A stretch of DNA of 63,807 nt, the filler included, from Basidiobolus meristosporus CBS 931.73 (lineage: Eukaryota > Fungi > Basidiobolomycota): NCBI GenBank assembly GCA_002104905.1. It is 3 parts of 3 records of this genome, joined end to end, with 100 filler letters (N's around TTAATTAATTAA, not from the genome) between each part and the next. Parts side by side here need not be neighbours in the genome. Positions count along the whole stretch, not along the records: positions 29,453 to 51,489 come from MCFE01000982.1; 2 more parts are not named here. One strand, given 5' to 3'. How positions within the stretch are numbered: the first letter of the stretch is position 1; every line of letters starts with the position of its first letter. The translations under genes were made by a program, and so were the position numbers. This document shows positions 36,501 through 46,045 of the stretch, in pieces. A model generated the notes under the pieces. That model was not told where the DNA came from, searched no databases, and was given only the letters and a program-made list of their open reading frames with translations.

Positions 36501-37342
36501 TGGTCATATTCAGTGCAGATATGTATAGTCTATCTTCAGTTGTTACAGCATTTCCATATTCAGGCTTCTGTTGCTGATAATCTCTCTTTTTGAGACACCG
36601 GTCTGATATGTGTCCTTTCCTTTTGTAGTAGTTGCAAAATAGGTTGCTGTTGCCTTTGTAGGGTCTCGGGTACCTCCTTTGTTGGTTATCATTGCTTATT
36701 AAAGCATTTTTATCTTTCTTCTTATTGGCACTTGATTTTCTCAGTTCTTCATCCAGGAGTCTTCCATATACGTAATTGAAGGTCAAGTCTTCAGTTCTGG
36801 ACTCTAGGGCTGATACAAGGCCCTGAAACTTGTCTGTCAGGCTATTCAGGATGGTAACTATCACATCCTCATCAGTAGTTGGTACGCCCACAGATTCCAT
36901 CTCATCTACCAGCTTGGTAATTCTGTTAATTAGATTTTTCATTTCTTCTGCTGGCAGCATCTTTGTAGTAAAGAATTTTTGTCTCAGATACATTTTCTTA
37001 GCAGCTGAACATGACTGGTAGATGTCTTCTAATGCCTTTCAGGCATTCTTTGCCGTTTTTGCTCTTGAGCATTGAATTAGCAATTTGTCTTTAACAGTAA
37101 GGCAGATGCAGTTAAAGGCACTTTGTTCTTTCTTCTGGTACTTCAAGGCTTCCTCTCCCACATTTTAAGGAGGGCATTCTTCTCCCATGACAATATCCCA
37201 AAGGCCTCTTTCTTGTAGCAGCATCTTCATTTTCACCTTCCACACTTGGTAGTTAGATCCATCCAACTTTTCAGCAGAGGGAAAAATTCCAGTAATAGCA
37301 GTAGTGGACATTGCAGAGAGTGACAGCTTGTGGCTCATAACC
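33534..37342 (-). mobile_element. Ty1/copia retrotransposon, copy B internal region (full length, defective)
   Basis: gag with zinc knuckle (CNYYKRKGHISDRC), protease WYIDSGASQHF, LWHRRFGH...CEVC, integrase (DDYIRY, RSDNGGEY, PQQNGVAER), RT (HQMDVKTAFLNG, SLYGLKQ, IYVDDL), RNase H. Has premature stops and frameshifts. Confidence 0.96.
37332..37342 (-). promoter_or_regulatory. Primer-binding site complementary to the tRNA-iMet anticodon arm (half-tRNA priming type)
   Basis: GGTTATGAGCC immediately after the LTR ACAACA end, instead of the usual TGGTATCAGAGC. Confidence 0.8.
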
Positions 37343-37690
37343 TGTTGTAAGAGTCTTGGAGATATTGGAAGCAATTGGGAGGACAAGTAGATTATGTGGT
37401 TTTCACTTGATGATTTATTGAATGTAAAAGTAGTATTTATACTTTTACCTGGTCTTGGCATAACAAACATGTAGAATAAATTAAGGAAGATCCCAAGAAC
37501 ATGTGTGCAAAGTTTGGGGCTGTTTGGACAACTTTGAGAATTTTCATGTTCTGGGTACCTGGTATTTTGGTGAAAATATTCTGAGTAAATCCCAACAAGG
37601 AATTTAGTCAGTATTCTCTAGGATCTAAGGGTAATGATCTAAGTGACTAAGCTAGGTGAATATTTAGGTGGAAATACAAATTTTACAACA
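37343..37690 (-). repeat. 5' LTR of copy B (348 bp)
   Basis: TGTTGT...ACAACA termini; aligns by eye with 33185-33533. Confidence 0.93.
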
Positions 37691-39712
37691 CTCTATACCT
37701 TAAAAATTGGAGTTATAACAGAATACTTCATGATTCTACCCTGTTTGAAGCATGGTATGGATACAGACCAAGTGCAGAACATCTAAGAATATTTGGGTGT
37801 GCAGCATATGCCAAGCAACTGCCCAGAAATCAGTAAAAAGTTGAGCCAAAAAGTGTAAAATGCATAATTTTAAGCTACTGCAATGAGAGTAAAGCATACA
37901 GACTCTACAATATCAAAGCAAATAGGTCAATCAAATCCAGGGATGTGCTTTTGATGAAAATTCAAAATGTTTACAAAAATGACATCAGATGATGTCAAAA
38001 ATCTGATCCCAAGTCCACCAATTGTGAAAATTGAATCAGAGCAAAACAATGAATATTTTTTCACTCCTGAGGACTCAACAGGCATGGTTCAGCCTGAATC
38101 AGTGCCCAGGAATATCCTAGAAGTGATCATTCCAGTATCAAATGCCCGGAGATCCAACTGCACAAGAAATACCCCAAAATACTATATCAATGAGGGTACA
38201 TACTTAGCCTATGCCTATTCAGTCTGTATTGATGAGCCCCAGACGGTAAAACAGACCCTAAATAGCCCTCAGACAAAGTTTTGGAGATCTGCAATGACTG
38301 AGGAATATCAGGCCCTGATGGAAAATCAAACTTGGGACTTAGTCAAATTACCAATCAACCAAAAATCAATTGGATGCAGATGGGTCTTCAAGACAAAGTA
38401 CAAGGCTGAAGGTACAATTGAAAGATAAAAAGCAAGACTTATGGCCAAAGGATACTATCAAACAAAAAGACTTGACTATACTGAGACCTTTGCACTGGTA
38501 ACCAAGTTTAATTCCATCAGATTAATATTGGCTGTTGCAGCCAAATATAAGTTTTTTGTTCATCAAATGAATGTAAAAGCTGCATTTTTGAGTGAAGAAC
38601 TTGATGAGGACCTTTATATGAACCAGCCTGATGAGTTGGTTGACCAAGATAACCCCTGTTTGGTCTGCAAGCTTAAAAAGTCTCTATATGGTCTCAAACA
38701 ATCACCAAGAACCTGGAATTGCAAGATAGACTCTTATTTGAAATCTTTCCGTTTCAAAAGGAGTAATGCTGACTATAGTATATACTATAAGCCAGATGGA
38801 GCAAATCCAGTTCTATTAGCTCTATATGTGGATGATCTTACTATAGCCGCCAAAAATATAGCAACATTGGAAGTGACTAAATCCAGCCTATCTAAGGAGT
38901 TCAAGATCTCCAATCTAGGAGAACTCAGTTACTACTTAGGGATAAAGTTCTCCATAGACATAAGTGCCCAGACTATCACCCTAAGCCAATCCAAGTATAT
39001 TCAAGATATACTAAAGAAGAGTCAAATGAAAGACTGTAAAACAGCAGCTACCTCAATGGAGACAAACCCTAACTTGGTCAAAACCCAACCAAATCAAGAG
39101 AGCTTGGTGCCACCTGAAAGCCCTGACTTTCCTTATCAATCTATGGTTGGCAATCTAATGTATAGCATGCTTGGAACACGTCCAGATATCTCCTATTCAG
39201 TGGGAGTTGTCAGCCAGCATAATCAGAACTATGGATCTGATCATATTGCGGCAGTTAAGCAGATTTTTAGATACCTAAAAGGAACTGCTGATATCTGCTT
39301 AAGATACACTTATAAGGATTCAGAACAGGATCTTGTAGAATACTTTGATGCTGATTGGGGACAAAATTTGCAAGACAGAAGATCCACCACAGGATGCACC
39401 TTTCTTTACTGTAAAGGAGCAATTTCATGGAATTCAAGAAAGCAACCAACCATAGCACTTTCTACCACAGAGGCAGAGTATATGGCAGCCTGTGAAGCTA
39501 CAAAAGAAGCAACGTGGATAAGAAAGCTTTTTAAAGTTTTAGGCCTATGTCAAAAACACCTATTACATTATTTCAAGATAATCAGGGATGTATACAAATA
39601 GGTGGAAATCCAACATTTCATGCCAGTACTAAGCACATGAGTATTAGTCATCATTTCATATGTGCAGCTATAGAGAATAACTTAGCTTAGTTTACTGTCC
39701 TACAGATGAAAA
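37691..39712 (+). mobile_element. Ty1/copia copy C: 5'-truncated, opposite orientation (integrase C-terminus, RT, RNase H)
   Basis: ORFs 37967-38428 and 38441-39601 contain WVFKTK, LKKSLYGLKQ, LYVDDL, DADWG and ALSTTEAEY. Starts mid-integrase directly at the copy B LTR. Confidence 0.92.
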
Positions 39713-40076
39713 TGTTGTAAGAGTCTAAGAGCAAGGGCTACTTTGTTTTGTAAGAGTCTTGGAGATATTGGAAGTGATTGGGAGAACAAGTAGATTATGT
39801 GGTTTTCACTTAATGATTTATTGAATGTAAAAGTAGTATTTATACTTTTACATGGTCTTGGCATTACAAACATGTAGAATAGGTTAAGGAAGGTTCCAAG
39901 AACATGTGTGCAAAGCTTGGGGCTTTTGGACAACTTATCTAATTTTCATGTTCTGGGTAAAAATTCTAAGTAAATCCCAGCAAGAAATTTGGCTAGTATT
40001 CTCTAGGATTTGAAGGTAATGATCTAAGTGACTAAGTTAGGTGAATATTTAGGTGGAAATACAAGTTTTTACAACA
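39713..40076 (-). repeat. LTR of the same family with a short terminal duplication, interrupting copy C RNase H
   Basis: tgttgtaagagtc at 39713, repeated at about 39744, ending ttttacaaca at 40076. No PBS or gag follows. Confidence 0.85.
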
Positions 40077-40274
40077 GATAAGCTGATAAAGCAATGGCTA
40101 CATGAAAATTGATCTGGTGTGACAGCCAAAAATAGACTCAGTAGAGGATAAAATCAGTCATAACTGGGATTGGTTGTGTTTGGGTTAGGGAAAATCAGTT
40201 AGGGTAATAGATTTTCCTATGTAGTAAAATTGGCTAAGTTTTTAAATGTTGATGCACAACACGGAATATATGCC

Positions 40275-40960
40275 ATTGCCTATTACTTTATTTCAAGATA
40301 ATCAAGGATGTACAAAATTAGGTAGAAATGCAACTTTTCATGCTAGAATTATGCACATAGATATAGACATCATTTCATATGTGAAGCTATAGAGAATAAC
40401 TTAGTTAGCTTAGTTAACTGTCCTACAAATGTAATGATTGCAGACATATTTACCAAACCATTAGCTAGAGACAAGCTTGAATATCTTAGGTCAAAATTAG
40501 GACTACTCAGTATGAACATTTAGTTGAGTGGGAGTGTTGTGAAAGCTTGTAACTCTACCTAAATATTCACCTAGCTTAGTCACTTAGATCAATACATACA
40601 AATCTTAGAGAATACTGACCAAATTCCTTGTCATGATTTACTTGGAATATTTTTACCAAAATATCAGGTACGCAGAACATGAGAATTCTCAAAGTTGTCC
40701 AAACAGCCCCAGACTTTGCACACATGTTCCTTGGACCTTCCTAAACATATTATATGCATTTGTTTTGCCAAGACCATGTAAAAGTACAAATATTATGTTT
40801 ACACTCAGTAAGTCATTGAGTGAACACCACATAATCTACTTGTTCTCCCAATCACTTCCAATATCTCCAAAACTTTTACAACAAATAGATGATCAAGAGA
40901 AAACAACATAATCTACCTGTTCCCCCAATCACTTCCAATATCTCCAAAACTCTTACAACA
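40275..40960 (+). mobile_element. Second RNase H 3' fragment, PPT (40526-40534), 3' LTR (40535-40883) and a duplicated LTR end (about 40904-40960)
   Basis: Decayed RNase H end, then GAGTGGGAG|TGTTGTG...TTTTACAACA. The last ~57 bp of the LTR are repeated. Confidence 0.88.
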
Positions 40961-41068
40961 CTATCATTCCCAACTGGCACCATCTGGCACAATAAGTCCT
41001 TTGTGTCAGTTCTACTTTGAGGCTAATATTTAATTATAGTGCCAGATAGAATCAGTTGGGAATAATAG
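40961..41068. repeat. 30-bp imperfect inverted repeat with a 48-bp spacer (MITE-like or hairpin)
   Basis: ctatcattcccaactggcaccatctggcac (40961-40990) versus gtgccagatagaatcagttgggaataatag (41039-41068). Confidence 0.7.
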
Positions 41069-41536
41069 CGCCCAAGTCAATGGAATACTTTGGTGTAATT
41101 ACAAAGCTTACAACACCTCATAACATGAGAACTAAGTAGAATCATGCTACCACTTGTAGTTATGAAATCCAGCGATCATCCGTTAACAGCATACACTTTC
41201 CATGTGTGTAAAACAAGTGCGAACAACTTGTCGAGCAGGAAGTGGTGAATAAAAGGAAATTGCATGAGATGATCTGACAACCCATATGTAGGGAGTACAT
41301 TTCCTGTTTCTAGGAACAACATGTGGCAACTATACGGTCATCCCGAGCGTATATAGTTGGGTCTCGTGAAACTGACGGAGAAATTCGAATCCTGGTACAG
41401 TGCTCCATCATCGAGGGTTGAAACATGCGGAATTCTCCTCAGAACCGGAACATTCCCCCCACGATGTATAAATGCGAACCTGACGCTACGGTGGCCTCGG
41501 GGCCTCCCAGCTGAGAATTGGGAAACAAACGTTGCG

Positions 41537-42010
41537 ATGAGGTTCATGCTCATCTTGCTCTACATCGTGATCCTTGTCAACCTGGTGATAGTCAAGGGGC
41601 AAGAGGAAGAGCTGGTCGATTCCGCAGAAGGAGAGGATGACACTGCAGAGGATTCCGAAGAGCCCAGTGATGACCTCGATCCATACACGCCCACATCCAA
41701 TCCGATCGTGACAACGCCTTCACCGACTTCGATCCTGGTTCTCTCCACCGGTGTTGTCACGGACAAGGCAATGCCAACCACGGTCCCAGCGAATGGACCA
41801 TCTAGATCGTTAGCAGGGAAAAGCCAGCATCCGCCTTGCGCGTCATCCTGTGTTGTGCAAACTGGGATTCTGCGACCATCCATCGCCAGGGCCAATCAGA
41901 ACATGGCTGGGCAGGCGAGCGTCTTTTCCTCACCACTGCTGATTCTTAGTGTCATAATAAGCACCAGGCTGCAACAGGCTTGGCGACTGACTGCTGATTC
42001 CTTTTCTTAA
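41537..42010 (+). CDS. Secreted or surface protein with acidic and Ser/Thr/Pro-rich regions (157 aa)
   Basis: Signal peptide MRFMLILLYIVILVNLVIVKG, D/E-rich block, T/P/S-rich block and a hydrophobic segment near the C-terminus. Confidence 0.65.
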   Translation: MRFMLILLYIVILVNLVIVKGQEEELVDSAEGEDDTAEDSEEPSDDLDPYTPTSNPIVTTPSPTSILVLSTGVVTDKAMPTTVPANGPSRSLAGKSQHPPCASSCVVQTGILRPSIARANQNMAGQASVFSSPLLILSVIISTRLQQAWRLTADSFS

Positions 42011-42059
42011 TGCCGCTCGTCATTTGCTGAAGATCCCCACTAATTAATGAACCATCCGT

Positions 42060-42102
42060 GAACAATCCACGAACAATCCACCAACAATCCACGAACAATC
42101 AA
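42060..42102 (+). repeat. 11-bp minisatellite (GAACAATCCAC x ~4)
   Basis: gaacaatccac gaacaatccac caacaatccac gaacaatcaa, followed by two AATAAA. Confidence 0.8.
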
Positions 42103-42612
42103 TAAAATTCAATAAAATGATCACTGCTGACCATCCTGAAACCCTGAACACCAACGAGAGATCGACCGACTGTACTCTGCGCGTCATCCTGCCCGTGTGA
42201 TGAAGCAATCCTGACAATCCACCATACTAAAAATAGAAGCCCCACGTGACGGGCCTGAACAATCAGAGATGACATTAGATAATGAAACCACGCCAGTCTG
42301 ACATGGAATCCCAACATTTCCAATCCAATATAATCAGCCTCCTTGATCCCTAACGAAATTTCTTGTTGTGTTTGGGCTAATGGGTTTCATGCACATGAGT
42401 GGCATCGTTTCCTACATATCTCCATATAATTATTCTCCTAGTCGGCCTTCCCCCCAAATACTTCCCCCTTAACTCGTCCACTTTTTGGCCTCGCCACTTT
42501 TGCAAAGAAATCCTGTTTCCCCTCCTCCTTCTCCTTCTCCTTCTCCCCCTTCTGCCTCTCCTTGTCCACTTGCTCACGTTCCCGGTTTTTCTGCCCACTC
42601 GTCCGTTTGAGT

Positions 42613-43129
42613 ATGCTCTACACAAAATCCTCTCTGACCTACTTTGTCTTGGTTCTCCTCGCCGCATGTCTTCAGGCAACTGCCCAAAGCACCCGCACAA
42701 GCACAAACATAGTGACTGCCACTGGAGCCGGCAGCACAGTGACAAAAATCGTCGCCACCGAAACTGACTACCCAACTCCGGTACAGCCACAACCCCCCTC
42801 AAACGACGGCGGCCAAGGCAATAGCGGTGGCGGGAGCGGTGGTGGAAGCAGCAGCGGAAGCAAGACCGTGATCATAGCTGGAGTGTCGGTTGGAGTGGTT
42901 GTGGTCCTCTCGGCCATAGGTATCTTCATATTCCGCAAGTGGAAATTAAAGGTAGTTCCACATCGAGCACCAATACCGCCATGTTTCCTGCACTCACCTC
43001 ATTCTCTTCTCCAACCAGCCCACGCAAAAATTCGAAAACAAACTCCAGGCCGACACTTTCTTCCGACCACCTGACCACTCGAACAACCGCAATGATACGG
43101 TCTTTTTACGAGAGCTTAACGAACCATAG
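42613..43129 (+). CDS. Small type-I membrane protein (Mid2/Wsc-like topology), 2 exons
   Basis: Signal peptide, Thr-rich ectodomain, Gly/Ser linker, TM helix and RKWKLK. Intron 42952-43018, then the tail PTQKFENKL...VFLRELNEP. Confidence 0.8.
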
Positions 43130-43616
43130 AGTCAACCCGCTTGACCTCAGGCTTGCATCACTAACTTCCCTCCCTCCCCTCACGACTCTATGTTTGTTCA
43201 GACTCAACAGGGATCTGGAAAGTAATGACTAGTGAATCGTGAAAGTTGATCCACCTCCACCTCCTACACCATATATCCGTGATCATCAACCCCCACAGCC
43301 CTCCTTTCAGAGAATACCACCATTCATCATCTCTCTAATGTACAGCCGATTTCTAATAAAAGCCACTAATGAATCCATACGAATTCCATCGGCTTTGTCT
43401 GATCCAAGGACAACCACACAGCACTGTGAATGACCGGTCAACTCTCAACTCTGAAAGCAGTCACTTGGGTGATGTGCTTGACCCACAAATCCAGCGGATT
43501 TTTTTCCCATCCCAGCAGACCAATATGATCCAATAATCCGTAGGAAATTTTCCCTCATCAAGCGGTCCAAAAAAATCCCCACCATCAACGCACTCCCCTC
43601 TACCGTCCAGAAATCC

Positions 43617-45353
43617 ATGAACCTTGAAAACCTCACCCATCTCCTCAAGGACCACAAGGTCCAGGTCCTCCTCACGGCCGGTGTAAGCTCGCTGGTCACC
43701 GCGCTCACCCTTCTGAGACTCCAGAAAGCCCAGGCCGAGAGAATCTCGAAGAAGCTGAAGGCGGAAGTCAAGGAGGATTACCAGGAGTATTCCGTCGAGG
43801 ACCCCCTTCTGCCCCAAGCCACGGTGGCGGCAGCAGCAGATGACCGCTTGTTGCGGGAGCAGTTCTCGAGAAACATCGCCTTTCTGGGAGAGGAAGGGGT
43901 GCAGAAATTGCGCAACGCTTCGGTAGTGATCGTCGGCTGTGGAAGTATCGGCTCCTGGGTCGCGCTTATGTTACTTCGCTCTGGTGTGGGGAGCGTGAAG
44001 ATTATCGACCACGGTGAGGTGACCCGAGAGACCATGAACCAACATGCTTTGGCCACAGTTGAGGACATTGGGATTCCCAACGCAGTTGTGTTGAAGAAGC
44101 ATATCAGAGAGATAGTACCCCACGCGAAGGTGGAGGCAGTCATCGACAGCTTCAGTAAAGATACGGCCTCTTGGATGCTCGAAGGTAGAAACTCCTTTAT
44201 TAGGAAGCATCGACAACCACACTCGCATCCAACCGAACTCAACCGTCAATTCTTTAGGACAGCCCGATTACGTGCTAGATTGTGTTCAAGATCTCCAGAC
44301 GAAAGTTGACCTCTTGAAATACTGCCACGATCACCAGCTTCGGGTAGGTGATATCGCCATTTTATGGACAATGCGAACCTAGCCTCATACATTCATTAGG
44401 CTATCAGCACCTCCTACGCAGGTGGGAAAGCGGATCCCTCAAGGATTCAAATCTCAGACCTTAGCGATACCTTCGGTTAGTCCCCCACGTATGCCTTCCC
44501 CCCCCCGAACATTCGACTGACTTGAATCGCTGCACATTAGACGATCCTTGGGCACGAGTCCTCCGCCGCAAGCTCCGGAAACTCGGAGTGGAGAACAACA
44601 TCGGCATGATCCACTCGATCGAGAAACCAACCGAATTCAAGACAGGTGAGTGGTTTGTCAGTGTGGTGTCAGAGGATATTTGTTGATCGGCCGTGCGCCA
44701 TTGTTGTAGCTCAAGAGGCTGCTGGCGAATATGATCAATACGCCATTTACCCCGAAGGACGAATTCCCACCTTGCCGACATTTGGTACATATCTTCACTA
44801 CAGATCCCCTATCCTGATGGAACCCGCCCTTAACCTACCCACGCGCGACAGGTACCCTCGCAGCAATCTTCGGCATGAGCATGGCTTCTTGGGTGATCTG
44901 TGAGTTAGCCGAGCATAAGGTTCAACCACTGTTCGTCAAGCAGAAAGACAACACCTTCTCAAAACTCAAAAGAGACCTGGTGGCACGTGAAGAGAAAAAC
45001 ACGTTCAGGTAACTGTAACCGCAGCCCCCCTCCACGCTCACCATCAAGTACCAACCTAACTGTTCCTGACCCCATGCAGCGCCTCTTCCCCTGGATTGAG
45101 CAAGTCCGAAGCTGGCTACGTCTTGGAGGAGCTGTGGCGTAGTAGAAGTGCCCTCTCTGGGGCCTTGGATAAACTGGCCTTGACTCGGTGGGATCGCCAT
45201 CAACCACTGACCATCCAGAACTGCATATGTTTGACTGTAGAGGAGGCCGATCGCCACGACAACATGCTCGGTAAGCTGGAAGACAACTACCCTGAGGAAT
45301 TCATCCGATTTGTACAATCTAGATTTGCCGAGGAGCGCAAGATATTTGAATAA
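43617..45353 (+). CDS. tRNA threonylcarbamoyladenosine dehydratase-like (TCD1/TCD2, ThiF family), 7 exons
   Basis: Exons 43617-44184, 44258-44343, 44400-44475, 44541-44645, 44710-44784, 44852-45008 and 45080-45353 join in frame. N-terminal TM helix, EQFSRNIAFLG, VVIVGCGSIGSW, DPSRIQISDLS, RRKLRKLG, and the fungal TCD C-terminal YVLEELWR...LTRWD. Confidence 0.9.
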
Positions 45354-45587
45354 ACAGATTTCTAGAGGCCCAAGGGACACTGGGTAACAACCACATGTAC
45401 GTGTGCACCATTTTTGCTTTGCATACTAGTTAGACCTGATCATAATAAATAGTACATATTGTTCACTAGACGATGGTTCTGAGAAATTGGTGCGATTTAT
45501 TGATCATTGGATGGCAAAAATCGGGAATCTATTCAATTAGGTTCTCGACAACGGAGGGTCGGCGGGAACGAGTCCGGATTGAGCAGA

Positions 45588-45665
45588 TTATTTGGATCTG
45601 GCTCTCATCTTTCTTCTCTTGCGCTTAAGACGTCTTTGTCTCTTCTTTCTCCACTTATCTCTCAT
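45588..45665 (-). CDS. RPL41: Ribosomal protein eL41 (25 aa)
   Basis: MRDKWRKKRQRRLKRKRRKMRARSK*. An 85-bp intron (45750-45666, GTAAAT...CTGAC...CAG) ends immediately before the ATG. Confidence 0.97.
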   Translation of the reverse strand: MRDKWRKKRQRRLKRKRRKMRARSK

Positions 45666-45800
45666 CTGCAAATAACACGAGTCAGTAAGGAGGGCCTCAA
45701 TGGGGGGGGATGCGAACACTAGCGAACGCTAGTTGGGAACTGATATTTACCTTGAACTAAAAGATGGTGGGTTGAGGGAACCACCGCAGGCCGCCCCGCC

Positions 45801-45831
45801 TTTATACTTGAAGGGGGCAGAAAAATTTTTC
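45801..45831 (-). promoter_or_regulatory. RPL41 promoter: TATA box and RRPE-like AAAAATTTTT palindrome
   Basis: GTATAAA (45807-45801) about 50 nt upstream of the intron donor, and GAAAAATTTTTC at 45820-45831. Confidence 0.6.
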
Positions 45832-46045
45832 GGGAAATCCGGTGAAAAAAAAAACCCTCCCTCCTTGCGCATGCGATTTCTTTGGATGATCCTTGCTCGA
45901 ATTGGTTGGAAACTATCCCATTTCTAGCACACCCATGGTTAAGAGAAAATTCTATCGCTAATGATGGATATCGTTCGAGATGGTAGGAATCAATCAGCAA
46001 AACTGAAGTCTTTATTTACATCAAAATCTATCATCTAACTGGGAA

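Noticed and set aside
40170-40210. Two TTAGGG hexamers in the TE nest
   Set aside because: Not tandem; expected by chance.
33185-40960. Recurrent repeats as a possible CRISPR-like array
   Set aside because: They are ~349-bp LTRs with PBS and PPT; no short repeat-spacer periodicity.
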